A stretch of 64,000 bases of DNA, taken from positions 11,667 to 75,666 of the forward strand of contig QZKC01000068.1 of the NCBI GenBank assembly GCA_003599425.1, written 5' to 3'. The notes beneath the pieces were generated by a model. That model saw only the letters and a program-made list of their open reading frames with translations. It was not told the origin of the DNA and searched no databases. The translations under genes and the position numbers were made by a program. Numbering within the stretch: position 1 is the stretch's first letter; the number at the start of each line of letters is the position of its first letter. The stretch is from Nitrospiraceae bacterium. Lineage in GTDB: Bacteria; Nitrospirota; Thermodesulfovibrionia; UBA6902. Positions 40,514 to 48,945 of this stretch are shown here, piece after piece.

Positions 40514-40963
40514 ATGGAACATACCATGGTAAATGATCAGGTCCTTCAACTTGTCACATTCACACTTGAAAAAGAAGAATACGCTGTCAATATCCTGAAT
40601 GTCCAGGAGATAAACAGGATAAACGAGATCACACGGGTACCCAATGCCCCCGACTATGTGGAAGGGGTTATCAATCTGAGGGGTAAAGTAATCCCGGTAA
40701 TCAATCTCAGAAAGAAATTTGGCCTCTACAACAAAGAAACCGACGAATCTTCCAGGGTTATCATAATGGATATAATGGGAGTGACCTACGGCCTCATAGT
40801 GGATTCAGTTTCTGAGGTACTGAGGATTCCCTCAGATATTGTTGAACCCCCTCCTCCTATGGCATCAAGCATGACGAGCATGTACATAAAAGGTATAGCA
40901 AAACTTGAGAACAGACTCATTATATTTGTCGATATCGACAAGCTGCTGGGACAATTAGAATAA
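40514..40963 (+). CDS. cheW: CheW
   Basis: QLVTF.L..EEYA..VQEI..VPNAP.YVEGVINLRG.VIPVI. Confidence 0.96.
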   Translation: MEHTMVNDQVLQLVTFTLEKEEYAVNILNVQEINRINEITRVPNAPDYVEGVINLRGKVIPVINLRKKFGLYNKETDESSRVIIMDIMGVTYGLIVDSVSEVLRIPSDIVEPPPPMASSMTSMYIKGIAKLENRLIIFVDIDKLLGQLE

Positions 40964-40997
40964 GCATGATGCTTTATCTGAGAATAAGGACCAGAAT

Positions 40998-42038
40998 ATG
41001 GTAAAGGTTTTGATTGTCGACGATTCTGCATTTATGCGTAATGCCCTCACCAGCATGATATCTGCTGACCCTGAAATTCAGGTCATCGGTGTTGCCCGTG
41101 ACGGTATAGAAGCTGTTGAAAAAGTCTCTCAATTAAAACCCGATATCGTGACACTTGATGTGGAAATGCCGAGAATGAACGGGATCGAGGCCTTGAGGCA
41201 GATCATGCATAATAACCCTGTTCCTGTTCTCATGGTCAGTTCCCTCACTACAGAAGGAGCCAAGGTCACACTTGAGGCCCTTGATATCGGAGCTGTCGAT
41301 TTTATTCCAAAAAATCTTTCAGATCTTTCCATCAACATTGTAAAGATCAAAGAAGACCTGATAGAGAAGATAAAGAAGATCGGCAGGAAGGGTCTTCCAG
41401 TATTCAGGAAAACACCATCTGCCAAAAGCCTTCAGATACCGAAAGCATCTATTGATGCTGCTCACAGAAGAGTTCATATTGTTGCAATAGGTTCATCCAC
41501 AGGAGGCCCCAAGGCGCTGCAGAATATTATTACCAAATTGCCTAAAGATTTCCCGGTTCCCATTCTTATTGCCCAGCATATGCCGCCGAATTTCACCGGC
41601 CCTTTTGCTGAAAGGCTGAACCAGCTAAGCTCCATAACAGTTAAAGAAGCTGAAAACGGTGAGACCGTCAAGAAGGGAGTTGTCTATATAGCTCCGGGTA
41701 AAGGACATATGCGGATTGTCCGGAAAAAAATCACGGAAACGACAATATCAATATCAGAAAGCAGGGAAAATTATATTTACAGGCCTTCCGTTGATGCACT
41801 TATTCTCTCAATTGTAGAAAACTTTTCCGGTCATGTTCTTGGCGTAATCCTGACCGGGCTCGGTAATGATGGCCTGACTGGGATGAAAGAAATCAAAAAT
41901 AATGGCGGCAGAACCATAGCCGAAAGCGAAAATTCATGTGTTGTATACGGAATGCCCAAGGCAGTAGTGGATGCAGGTCTCGCCGATAAAATCGTGTCTG
42001 TCGAAGAAGTGGCGGGTGAGATAATTAACTCGGTATAG
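40998..42038 (+). CDS. cheB: Chemotaxis methylesterase CheB
   Basis: REC domain plus GSSTGGP, QHMP, RPSVD, LTG.GNDG and VYGMP. Confidence 0.96.
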   Translation: MVKVLIVDDSAFMRNALTSMISADPEIQVIGVARDGIEAVEKVSQLKPDIVTLDVEMPRMNGIEALRQIMHNNPVPVLMVSSLTTEGAKVTLEALDIGAVDFIPKNLSDLSINIVKIKEDLIEKIKKIGRKGLPVFRKTPSAKSLQIPKASIDAAHRRVHIVAIGSSTGGPKALQNIITKLPKDFPVPILIAQHMPPNFTGPFAERLNQLSSITVKEAENGETVKKGVVYIAPGKGHMRIVRKKITETTISISESRENYIYRPSVDALILSIVENFSGHVLGVILTGLGNDGLTGMKEIKNNGGRTIAESENSCVVYGMPKAVVDAGLADKIVSVEEVAGEIINSV

Positions 42039-42065
42039 TCTCTTTATTTTGTAACACTTTGTTTC

Positions 42066-42095
42066 AAAAGGGCGAGGTTACACCTCGCCCTTTTT
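42066..42095. terminator. Bidirectional intrinsic terminator between cheB and flgE
   Basis: AAAAGGGCGAGGT-tac-ACCTCGCCCTTTTT between convergent genes. Confidence 0.9.
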
Positions 42096-42124
42096 GTTAC
42101 AATGTCATTCATTCACTTCTTCAC

Positions 42125-43405
42125 TTATCTCTTCAGATTGACCAGTTCCGCCATGAGCTCATCTGACGTCGAGACAATTCGCGAATTCGCCTGAAAGCCT
42201 CTCTGGGAGATAATCATTTTTACAAATTCCTCTGCAAGGTCGACGTTGCTCAGCTCAAGGGTGTTTGAGAGTATCTGTCCGGTGCCAGATGTGCCTGGAA
42301 CACTGATGACCGGCTGTCCTGAATTAGTAGACTCAGCAAAGAGATTCCTTCCCATCTTTGTAAGCTCTGTCGGTGCAATAAACTTTGCAAGCGCAACCTG
42401 CCCTACAGCTCTCGTTTGCCCGTTTGTAAAGATACCGGTCATTGTGCCGTCCTGATCAATTGTTATACTTCTTAAAGACCCTGATGAGTAACCATCCTGG
42501 CTCTGGAATATGGTCGCAGAAGCAGAACCGAACTGAGTGGCGCCATCCAATCCTGTTCCTCCTTCTGTGATCGATGTTCCAAATTCAAAATTTATAGCCT
42601 GACCGGCTGCAGCGCCCCCGGTAAAATCAAACCCTCCAGAGGCAAGCGGATAAGTGATCGCACTTTCTGTATCCAAAGCCCCGTTATTGTCGAAATCAAG
42701 TGTACCCTGCGCCTGCACTTCAGTAGATCCACTTAAAGAATCTGATGCGTTCACGGCTGCAAACCACTCCCATGTATTTCCTGTTGCCGTCTCAGCATCT
42801 TTCCTGAAATATATATTCACTACATGTCCGTTCCCGAGTGAGTCATAAACAGTGATCGAGCTCGAGAAATTAGAGGTATTGTTTGGATCATTTATATCGA
42901 ATGCCCCGGGTATTGATGCCCGTGAATCAAGGTTAGCAGATATTGACACATCAGCGGTAGCATTCGGCGAACTGTTCAATGTTGAGAGATTGATATCACC
43001 AAGGCCGGCTGAGGTGCCCGATGCAGAGAAAAGGTACCCCTGCAGGCGCATAGCATTGGGATTTACAATGTATCCCTCCTTGTCAAGAGTGAACTGACCG
43101 GCCCTTGTGTAAAAGGTTCCGCTTGCATCACTGACGATAAATAAACCATCTCCGTCAACTGCCATATCGAGGACATTTGCCGTATTCTCAAATGATCCCT
43201 GAGTGAAGGTCGGTGTAACGGCGCTTACTGACACACCTCTTCCAACCTGCGACGTTCCCATCGACTGGCTCAGGATATCACCAAAAGATGCCCTGCTTGA
43301 TTTAAAGGCAGTCGTGTTCATATTTGCGACATTGTCACCGATGACCGAGAGCGCGGTTCCATTTGCATTCATTCCGCTTACCGCTGTAAATAATGAAGTT
43401 AACAT
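42125..43405 (-). CDS. flgE: Flagellar hook protein
   Basis: IGDNVANMNT.AFK, VYDSLG and LELSNVDLAEEFVKMI.SQRGFQAN. Confidence 0.96.
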   Translation of the reverse strand: MLTSLFTAVSGMNANGTALSVIGDNVANMNTTAFKSSRASFGDILSQSMGTSQVGRGVSVSAVTPTFTQGSFENTANVLDMAVDGDGLFIVSDASGTFYTRAGQFTLDKEGYIVNPNAMRLQGYLFSASGTSAGLGDINLSTLNSSPNATADVSISANLDSRASIPGAFDINDPNNTSNFSSSITVYDSLGNGHVVNIYFRKDAETATGNTWEWFAAVNASDSLSGSTEVQAQGTLDFDNNGALDTESAITYPLASGGFDFTGGAAAGQAINFEFGTSITEGGTGLDGATQFGSASATIFQSQDGYSSGSLRSITIDQDGTMTGIFTNGQTRAVGQVALAKFIAPTELTKMGRNLFAESTNSGQPVISVPGTSGTGQILSNTLELSNVDLAEEFVKMIISQRGFQANSRIVSTSDELMAELVNLKR

Positions 43406-43456
43406 ATTCTACCTCCTTTTCCAGCCAACGCCTCAAAGGCGCCGTCTATTTATTGT

Positions 43457-44098
43457 TTATTGTATTGACTGAATTTCACTTAAATGAATATTCCTGCCGT
43501 CATTTAAGACCAGGTACGTATTACCGTCCCTGAAAGTTACATTCGTAACGATCCCTGATGAACTGGTCAGTGCTGCAACAGCATTGCCTGATGCATCCTG
43601 CGCTTTAATTTCATACGTGTAAGTCCCTTCAGGCATCTGATTCCCGAGACTGTCCTTACCGTCCCACAGAAATGTGTTCTCTCCTCCAGCCTGACTCCCA
43701 GCTTCTTTTGAGGCTGCAAGTTTACCTGCTCCATCGTAAATCATTATCTTCACTGTAGAGGCATCTCTCGAAAGTATGTAATTGATGTCTGCCTTATCCT
43801 TGAGATAGGCGGTATCCCCAGTAGCTTTCACTGTCCTTCCGATCAGGTTTGACATCGATGCATTCTGCATGGAATGCTGAAATGCAAGAACATCGTCCAA
43901 TGTGCTTTTGATATTGCCGAGTTGTTCAAGAGAGCTGAACTCTGTAAGTTGTGATGTAAACTGCATGCTGTCCATAGGATTTAACGGGTCCTGATAACTT
44001 AACTGTTTGAGGAGGAGTCTCATGAAATCCTCTTTCCCGAGGGTCTTTCCTGCAATATTCTGAATTTGACTGCCATTAGTTACATTTGATACTTCCAT
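43457..44098 (-). CDS. flgD: Hook capping protein
   Basis: LGKEDFMRLL..QL..QDPLNPMD and WDGKD..G. Confidence 0.95.
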   Translation of the reverse strand: MEVSNVTNGSQIQNIAGKTLGKEDFMRLLLKQLSYQDPLNPMDSMQFTSQLTEFSSLEQLGNIKSTLDDVLAFQHSMQNASMSNLIGRTVKATGDTAYLKDKADINYILSRDASTVKIMIYDGAGKLAASKEAGSQAGGENTFLWDGKDSLGNQMPEGTYTYEIKAQDASGNAVAALTSSSGIVTNVTFRDGNTYLVLNDGRNIHLSEIQSIQ

Positions 44099-44120
44099 GC
44101 CTGCTCCTTTCTTAATTAAA

Positions 44121-45707
44121 TTATGCGAATATATTTATAAGTCCAAGACCTTTTGGCGCCTGTTTCTTTTCCTCTGTCCTAAGAATTTCTTTTTCAAAAT
44201 CCTTATTATTTCCCTGGGCAACCCCATATCCATCATTGTTTTTCCTTTCCTTGAAGCCTACTGAGAATCCGGAGACATTCAGCCCTTCTTTCATTAAAGC
44301 ATCCATGATGTACTGAACATTATCCTGAATAAGTTCCCGTGCTCCCTTATCTGAAGCATTTATGTGCACATTGATCAACCCTTTTTCAATACTCAGATTG
44401 ATATCAAGCTTTCCCAATGCATCATGCTCAACTGATACGCCCAGCTTGCTGTTTCCTTTTATCACATACACGATACTATCCAGCACCTGTGTAAAACCGG
44501 CAGGTCTCTCTACATACCGCGATATTATTTCTCCCCCTGCTTTACTGTTTCCAAAAGCAATATGTGATTGATCCATTGAGCCTGTTTTATCAGATGTCAT
44601 GTCCAGGCTTGGCTCTTTGGCTAATTTGTCTTGCACATTAACGAATTCATTTGTATTATGCGGCTCTTTCAGTATCTCGGGCATCATATTATTTTGTGTT
44701 TCTTTTGATACATCATTGCACTTCGCAATATCTGAATGAACTGTGTTCTTTTGTGCATAGACTATTCTTGTTTGATGTTGACCTTTGTTATCAGCATATT
44801 CAGACGTTTCAGTTTCAATCATAGAACTTATGGGTTCAGCACTGCTCATTTCATTATGCTTTGCTGCAAGAGGAAGTTCCTCTGCCAATAATTTCTTTTG
44901 TGCTTCGTTCTGAAGATAAGGGATGGTGGCCTGGTTTGCATTAGTGCTCTCAGGGGCTTTTGACAGAATGCTGTTTTGCTGTGAACTTCCCGACGGCACA
45001 GCATCCTGAAATAAGCATGCGTTGACAGTTGGGTTTGCTGGATCAACGGGAACATCATCTCCCATATTTTCAGCAGCAATGTTCTGTAACGCATTCAACA
45101 ATACGTTAGACAACAGGGCCTCAACAGGTGTGTGTGAATCAGCAGCATTTTCCGTCTGCACAGGCGATTCATCAGCAGTTTCGTTATTAATATCCTCACT
45201 TTTAATATTTACAATTTTCCCCAGATGACTTTCTGATTCATTAGATATTTTCTCTGTCTCTTTAAGGTCCTTGCTGCCACTTGCTAAATGCATCTCTGTC
45301 AACAAATAATTGTCGGTGCCACTTGATATCAGTTCATAGTCCTCATTGCTGCTGACTAAATGCTGCTTTATGGCTAATGTGCCTTCTTCCACTTGTTTAT
45401 GTTCAAGTGCACTGATTATATTGTTCTGTAAGTCATCCATATTTGCTGCCGGTTTGCTGCTTAAAAGCTTTGTCAATATGTCTCTTGTTACTGATCCGTT
45501 TTCTTCCTGAACGTTTTGGCCTGTATTTTGACCCTGCTCTTGATTTGCCCTGTTCATTGAGTAATTGTATATTTGCTGATTCATGAGGACACTGAATTGA
45601 GAATTATCAGTTTGTGAAATGCTTGCAGACAGGTTCGTATTGACAGGTGTTGTATCAATGCCTTGAACCATGTTTATATCAGGCATATTAACCACTGGCA
45701 TTTCCAT
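44121..45707 (-). CDS. fliK: Hook-length control protein FliK
   Basis: Long low-complexity N-terminus plus T3S4-like C-domain (LGKLDINL..INVHI..L.KEGLNV); upstream of flgD. Start moved to ATG 45707 because the ORF-track start lies upstream of the promoter. Confidence 0.8.
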   Translation of the reverse strand: MEMPVVNMPDINMVQGIDTTPVNTNLSASISQTDNSQFSVLMNQQIYNYSMNRANQEQGQNTGQNVQEENGSVTRDILTKLLSSKPAANMDDLQNNIISALEHKQVEEGTLAIKQHLVSSNEDYELISSGTDNYLLTEMHLASGSKDLKETEKISNESESHLGKIVNIKSEDINNETADESPVQTENAADSHTPVEALLSNVLLNALQNIAAENMGDDVPVDPANPTVNACLFQDAVPSGSSQQNSILSKAPESTNANQATIPYLQNEAQKKLLAEELPLAAKHNEMSSAEPISSMIETETSEYADNKGQHQTRIVYAQKNTVHSDIAKCNDVSKETQNNMMPEILKEPHNTNEFVNVQDKLAKEPSLDMTSDKTGSMDQSHIAFGNSKAGGEIISRYVERPAGFTQVLDSIVYVIKGNSKLGVSVEHDALGKLDINLSIEKGLINVHINASDKGARELIQDNVQYIMDALMKEGLNVSGFSVGFKERKNNDGYGVAQGNNKDFEKEILRTEEKKQAPKGLGLINIFA

Positions 45708-45720
45708 GCCGGGACAGAAA

Positions 45721-45764
45721 GCAATAGCTATGCCAATCAGGTGAAGTGTAACAACCACTTGATT
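45721..45764 (-). promoter_or_regulatory. sigma54 promoter plus IHF site for fliK-flgD-flgE
   Basis: TTGGCATAGCTATTGC (45721-45736); AATCAAGTGGTTG (45752-45764) matches WATCAA-N4-TTR. Confidence 0.82.
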
Positions 45765-45864
45765 TTATTTAATTGTTGAAGCGCTATTTATATGGAGGGG
45801 GAAAAATTACAGAAAATTTTTCAGGGAAAGGAAAGATTTGCCAGCTTGTAGGTTAGCAACAGTG

Positions 45865-45908
45865 CTAGTACAAAAGGCGAGAGTAAATCTCCTCGCCTTT
45901 TGTACTAG
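45865..45908 (-). terminator. Intrinsic terminator (17-bp inverted repeat)
   Basis: CTAGTACAAAAGGCGAG...CTCGCCTTTTGTACTAG downstream of 45927. Confidence 0.85.
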
Positions 45909-45926
45909 ACAAAAAATTATATACTA

Positions 45927-46940
45927 CTATTGGTTCTTCTCATCCCTGTTGTTGATCTCGTCACCTAAGTCTTTCGCATTTTCCAGGTTGGCATTAGCCA
46001 GGATCGAATTTTTGATTTCGTTCAAGGCATTTCCTACGGTGGAACCTGTTCCGTAGCCCGGGTTGAGATACTGTAATATCTGTAGTTCGCCAGCAGTCAG
46101 TACTGTTGATTCCGGAAGGCTTGAAGCCACATTAAGACATAATGCAGCATATTGCTGTTTAGCCTTTTGAAGCATGGTCTTTTTACCTTGCATGGATAAG
46201 TAATAGTTCAGGTCATTGGTTGAAGTAAATACCCCACCACATTTTATGACAGCAGCATCAATAAATGAATTCCTTTCTTCATCATGTGTCTTCCAAAAAC
46301 CCATACTCCGCGCACCGCTTGGAGCGTTGACAGTAGGAGGCGTGCCGTCAATCAGTCCTGTAAATATGTTTGATGTGCTGTCATTTTTGAAGTCTCCGCT
46401 GACCATTTGAAGTATCATCTTCATGCCAAGTGTTGCATTTGTTCCTATGACACTTCTCAGTTCATCTATATATTGTGAAGGATGACCAGTATCTGTGTTT
46501 AAAACGACATTAGTTAGATTCAAGGTCCCAGAATTATTAATATCAAGGGCAGGGTTCAAATACCACTTTAATCCATCGGTTACAAACACTATGTTTGATA
46601 AAGTAGCAGAGAAATAGTTGAATGACCCGTCACTTATCGTAATGACTGCATCAGAGAAAGTAGAGTCTCCTGTCCTTGTAGCGCCACTGATAATTACGGA
46701 TTTACCGATTGCAGTTTCGGTAGCACCGTTATCAGTAGTTGATGTTCCATTAATATAGTTGATATTGGATATTACAGCGCTTACAAGGATCAAAGAGCCG
46801 GTACTCGTTTCTGTAGTCGCTGTTGTCTGCGCATTCCCAGAAAAATTTGCTGTGGGCAAGCCGATTACTGCAAAGGCACTTCCAAAGCTTAACAAAAGCA
46901 AGAATAGAACTGCCACCTGAACATAAAAATATTTTTTCAT
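45927..46940 (-). CDS. Secreted T/S/N-rich protein, paralog of the adjacent PEP-CTERM protein, with a GFWKTH-type C-terminal domain
   Basis: Signal peptide ending AFA; shares motifs with 47018-47740. Confidence 0.8.
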   Translation of the reverse strand: MKKYFYVQVAVLFLLLLSFGSAFAVIGLPTANFSGNAQTTATTETSTGSLILVSAVISNINYINGTSTTDNGATETAIGKSVIISGATRTGDSTFSDAVITISDGSFNYFSATLSNIVFVTDGLKWYLNPALDINNSGTLNLTNVVLNTDTGHPSQYIDELRSVIGTNATLGMKMILQMVSGDFKNDSTSNIFTGLIDGTPPTVNAPSGARSMGFWKTHDEERNSFIDAAVIKCGGVFTSTNDLNYYLSMQGKKTMLQKAKQQYAALCLNVASSLPESTVLTAGELQILQYLNPGYGTGSTVGNALNEIKNSILANANLENAKDLGDEINNRDEKNQ

Positions 46941-47017
46941 TTTTTTATCTCCCCTCTCCTGTAATATATCGTCGTATATACCTTGATGTCTTTCTTACTG
47001 AAACTGTTACAATTAAC

Positions 47018-47740
47018 TTATGACCTTTTCCTTTTCCTGAAACGATTTACGGCTAACATGGCACCGCCTGTAATGAAAAGAACTGTACTTACAGGTTCTG
47101 GAGTAACAGCGATTTTGCCCTGAATACTACCGGAAGCATCATTTGAGAACGCATAACCACCCCCATTGACCCCGGAATTAAAAGAAAAATCCATACCAAG
47201 ATTTATCTTGCTGCCTGAATTATACATCGTTTGTAACTCCTGAATATATCTTGATCCGTTTGCATTAAAAGAAACATTTGTAAGATTTGATATGGTGTGG
47301 TCCCATAAAGGATTTAATTGGGTTCCAAATAAATTATCAGTAATTATAAAATTATTGAGTTGTGCAGTAAGATAAGTTGTTCCACCATTTGCAATAGTAA
47401 AAAGAACAGAACCAGTTCCTCCGGAAGTACTTCCGAATTGCAAATTATTTGAATAGGCGCTGTTATAGAGATTGGCGATTGAAATTACTGCACCTGTAAC
47501 TGGATCAATCCCTTCCCCAACGTAGCTTCCATCCATATAATTAACGCCTGTTATATTCCAACCACTAAATGTAAGCTTATATTTATTCGCAGTCGATCCC
47601 CCAACGCCATCATTATAAGAAAAACTTGCAGCATAATCCAGATATGGCAGATATGGGTACTCAGCTATTGCGTTTTTTGAAAAAAAGAAGGCGATAAAAA
47701 ACAGGATAAAAAACAATAATTTTTTTGGGCCCACCTTCAT
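47018..47740 (-). CDS. PEP-CTERM sorting-domain protein
   Basis: Signal peptide; C-terminal VTPEP + TM + RFRKRKRS. Confidence 0.9.
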   Translation of the reverse strand: MKVGPKKLLFFILFFIAFFFSKNAIAEYPYLPYLDYAASFSYNDGVGGSTANKYKLTFSGWNITGVNYMDGSYVGEGIDPVTGAVISIANLYNSAYSNNLQFGSTSGGTGSVLFTIANGGTTYLTAQLNNFIITDNLFGTQLNPLWDHTISNLTNVSFNANGSRYIQELQTMYNSGSKINLGMDFSFNSGVNGGGYAFSNDASGSIQGKIAVTPEPVSTVLFITGGAMLAVNRFRKRKRS

Positions 47741-47946
47741 AGATGCCTCCCGTAATTTAATTGAATATTTTTATTACTGTTAAAATTTAAATTAATATTT
47801 ATTTAATGATAGTAAAATCTTATTACTTTCAATAACAATCTGTCAATAAATTTTTCGATCCCTTATAGGGGATATAAATATTTTAAATTTGCGCACTTGC
47901 GCAAATAATGCGTGGCTCCTCATCGCTGAATCAATGGACCCAAGGG

Positions 47947-48945
47947 TCATCGCATCATATATAACAGCATAAGGTTACTGACATAAACCAGTAATATCCC
48001 TATGGAATCCCATGCCAGGAACAATTTCTTTTTCTCGACACGGTATGTGAGGCCGATAATAGCGATCGCTGTCATGGCAATTGCGGACAGCGCTGAAATA
48101 GCATGATGCGGATTTACATGAGAGAGAATAGGCCCTTTCAAAAAGAAGAAATCATCAATGGCAAGGATGAAGATGTTAAAGATGTTGCTGCCGAACAGGT
48201 TGCCGATAGCCATATCTATAGCATCCATTCTGACAGCAGAGATGGAAACGACCACTTCCGGGAGCGATGTGGACAATGCAATGAAGATATTGCCAACAAA
48301 AGTCTGCCCGAGCCCGGTGCTCTCTGCGATTCCCTCACCTATCTTCGGAAGAAAAACCGCGGCGATGATAACTATGAAAGCGTTAATTCCATAATTCACG
48401 AAAGCAGTCTTTTTAGAGATATCTTTATATCTCAATTCTTCGGCAACCTCTTTGATATAAGCAGTAATCCTGCGCTTCTCATAATAAAAAATCAGTCTCA
48501 TTGCTGCAAAATAAATTACACAGTTCAACAGACTGTAAGCTCCTATCCAGCCGAAAGGTGTGATCTTTTCTCCCGCCAACAGACTCAAAGATACAATACT
48601 GATCAGGAGTATGCCTAACCCTCCTGATAGAATATTCCCGTAATGAGCTTTTGTGGATATGGGCACCTGACGGTACAACCCGTCAAGGATAGTAAGTATA
48701 AGCATATTGAAAACACAGCTTCCAAACACATCACCTGCAGCAATGTCGGGAACTCCTGCAAACGTAACGGAGCTTATTCCTGTTACAAGCTCTGGAAGCG
48801 ACGTGACCGACGCCATAAGGACTACCCCTATCCAGGTCCTTCCGAGCCCTGTTTTCTCAGCTATGATATCGCCGTATCTTGAAAGCTTTATCCCGGCATA
48901 GACTATGGCGGATGTACAGATGATAAACGCAGCCCATAAAAGCAT
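47947..48945 (-). CDS. Sodium:calcium (CaCA/YrbG-like) antiporter
   Basis: Two TSLPE alpha repeats with GS(C/N)xFN. Confidence 0.9.
   Translation of the reverse strand: MLLWAAFIICTSAIVYAGIKLSRYGDIIAEKTGLGRTWIGVVLMASVTSLPELVTGISSVTFAGVPDIAAGDVFGSCVFNMLILTILDGLYRQVPISTKAHYGNILSGGLGILLISIVSLSLLAGEKITPFGWIGAYSLLNCVIYFAAMRLIFYYEKRRITAYIKEVAEELRYKDISKKTAFVNYGINAFIVIIAAVFLPKIGEGIAESTGLGQTFVGNIFIALSTSLPEVVVSISAVRMDAIDMAIGNLFGSNIFNIFILAIDDFFFLKGPILSHVNPHHAISALSAIAMTAIAIIGLTYRVEKKKLFLAWDSIGILLVYVSNLMLLYMMR

Noticed and set aside
45708..45758. ORF-track N-terminal extensions (fliK 45758, flgF 20671, DGC 30922, cheY 35129, PEP-CTERM 62108)
   Set aside because: They overlap promoter motifs or upstream genes; downstream starts fit RBS, overlap or family N-termini better.
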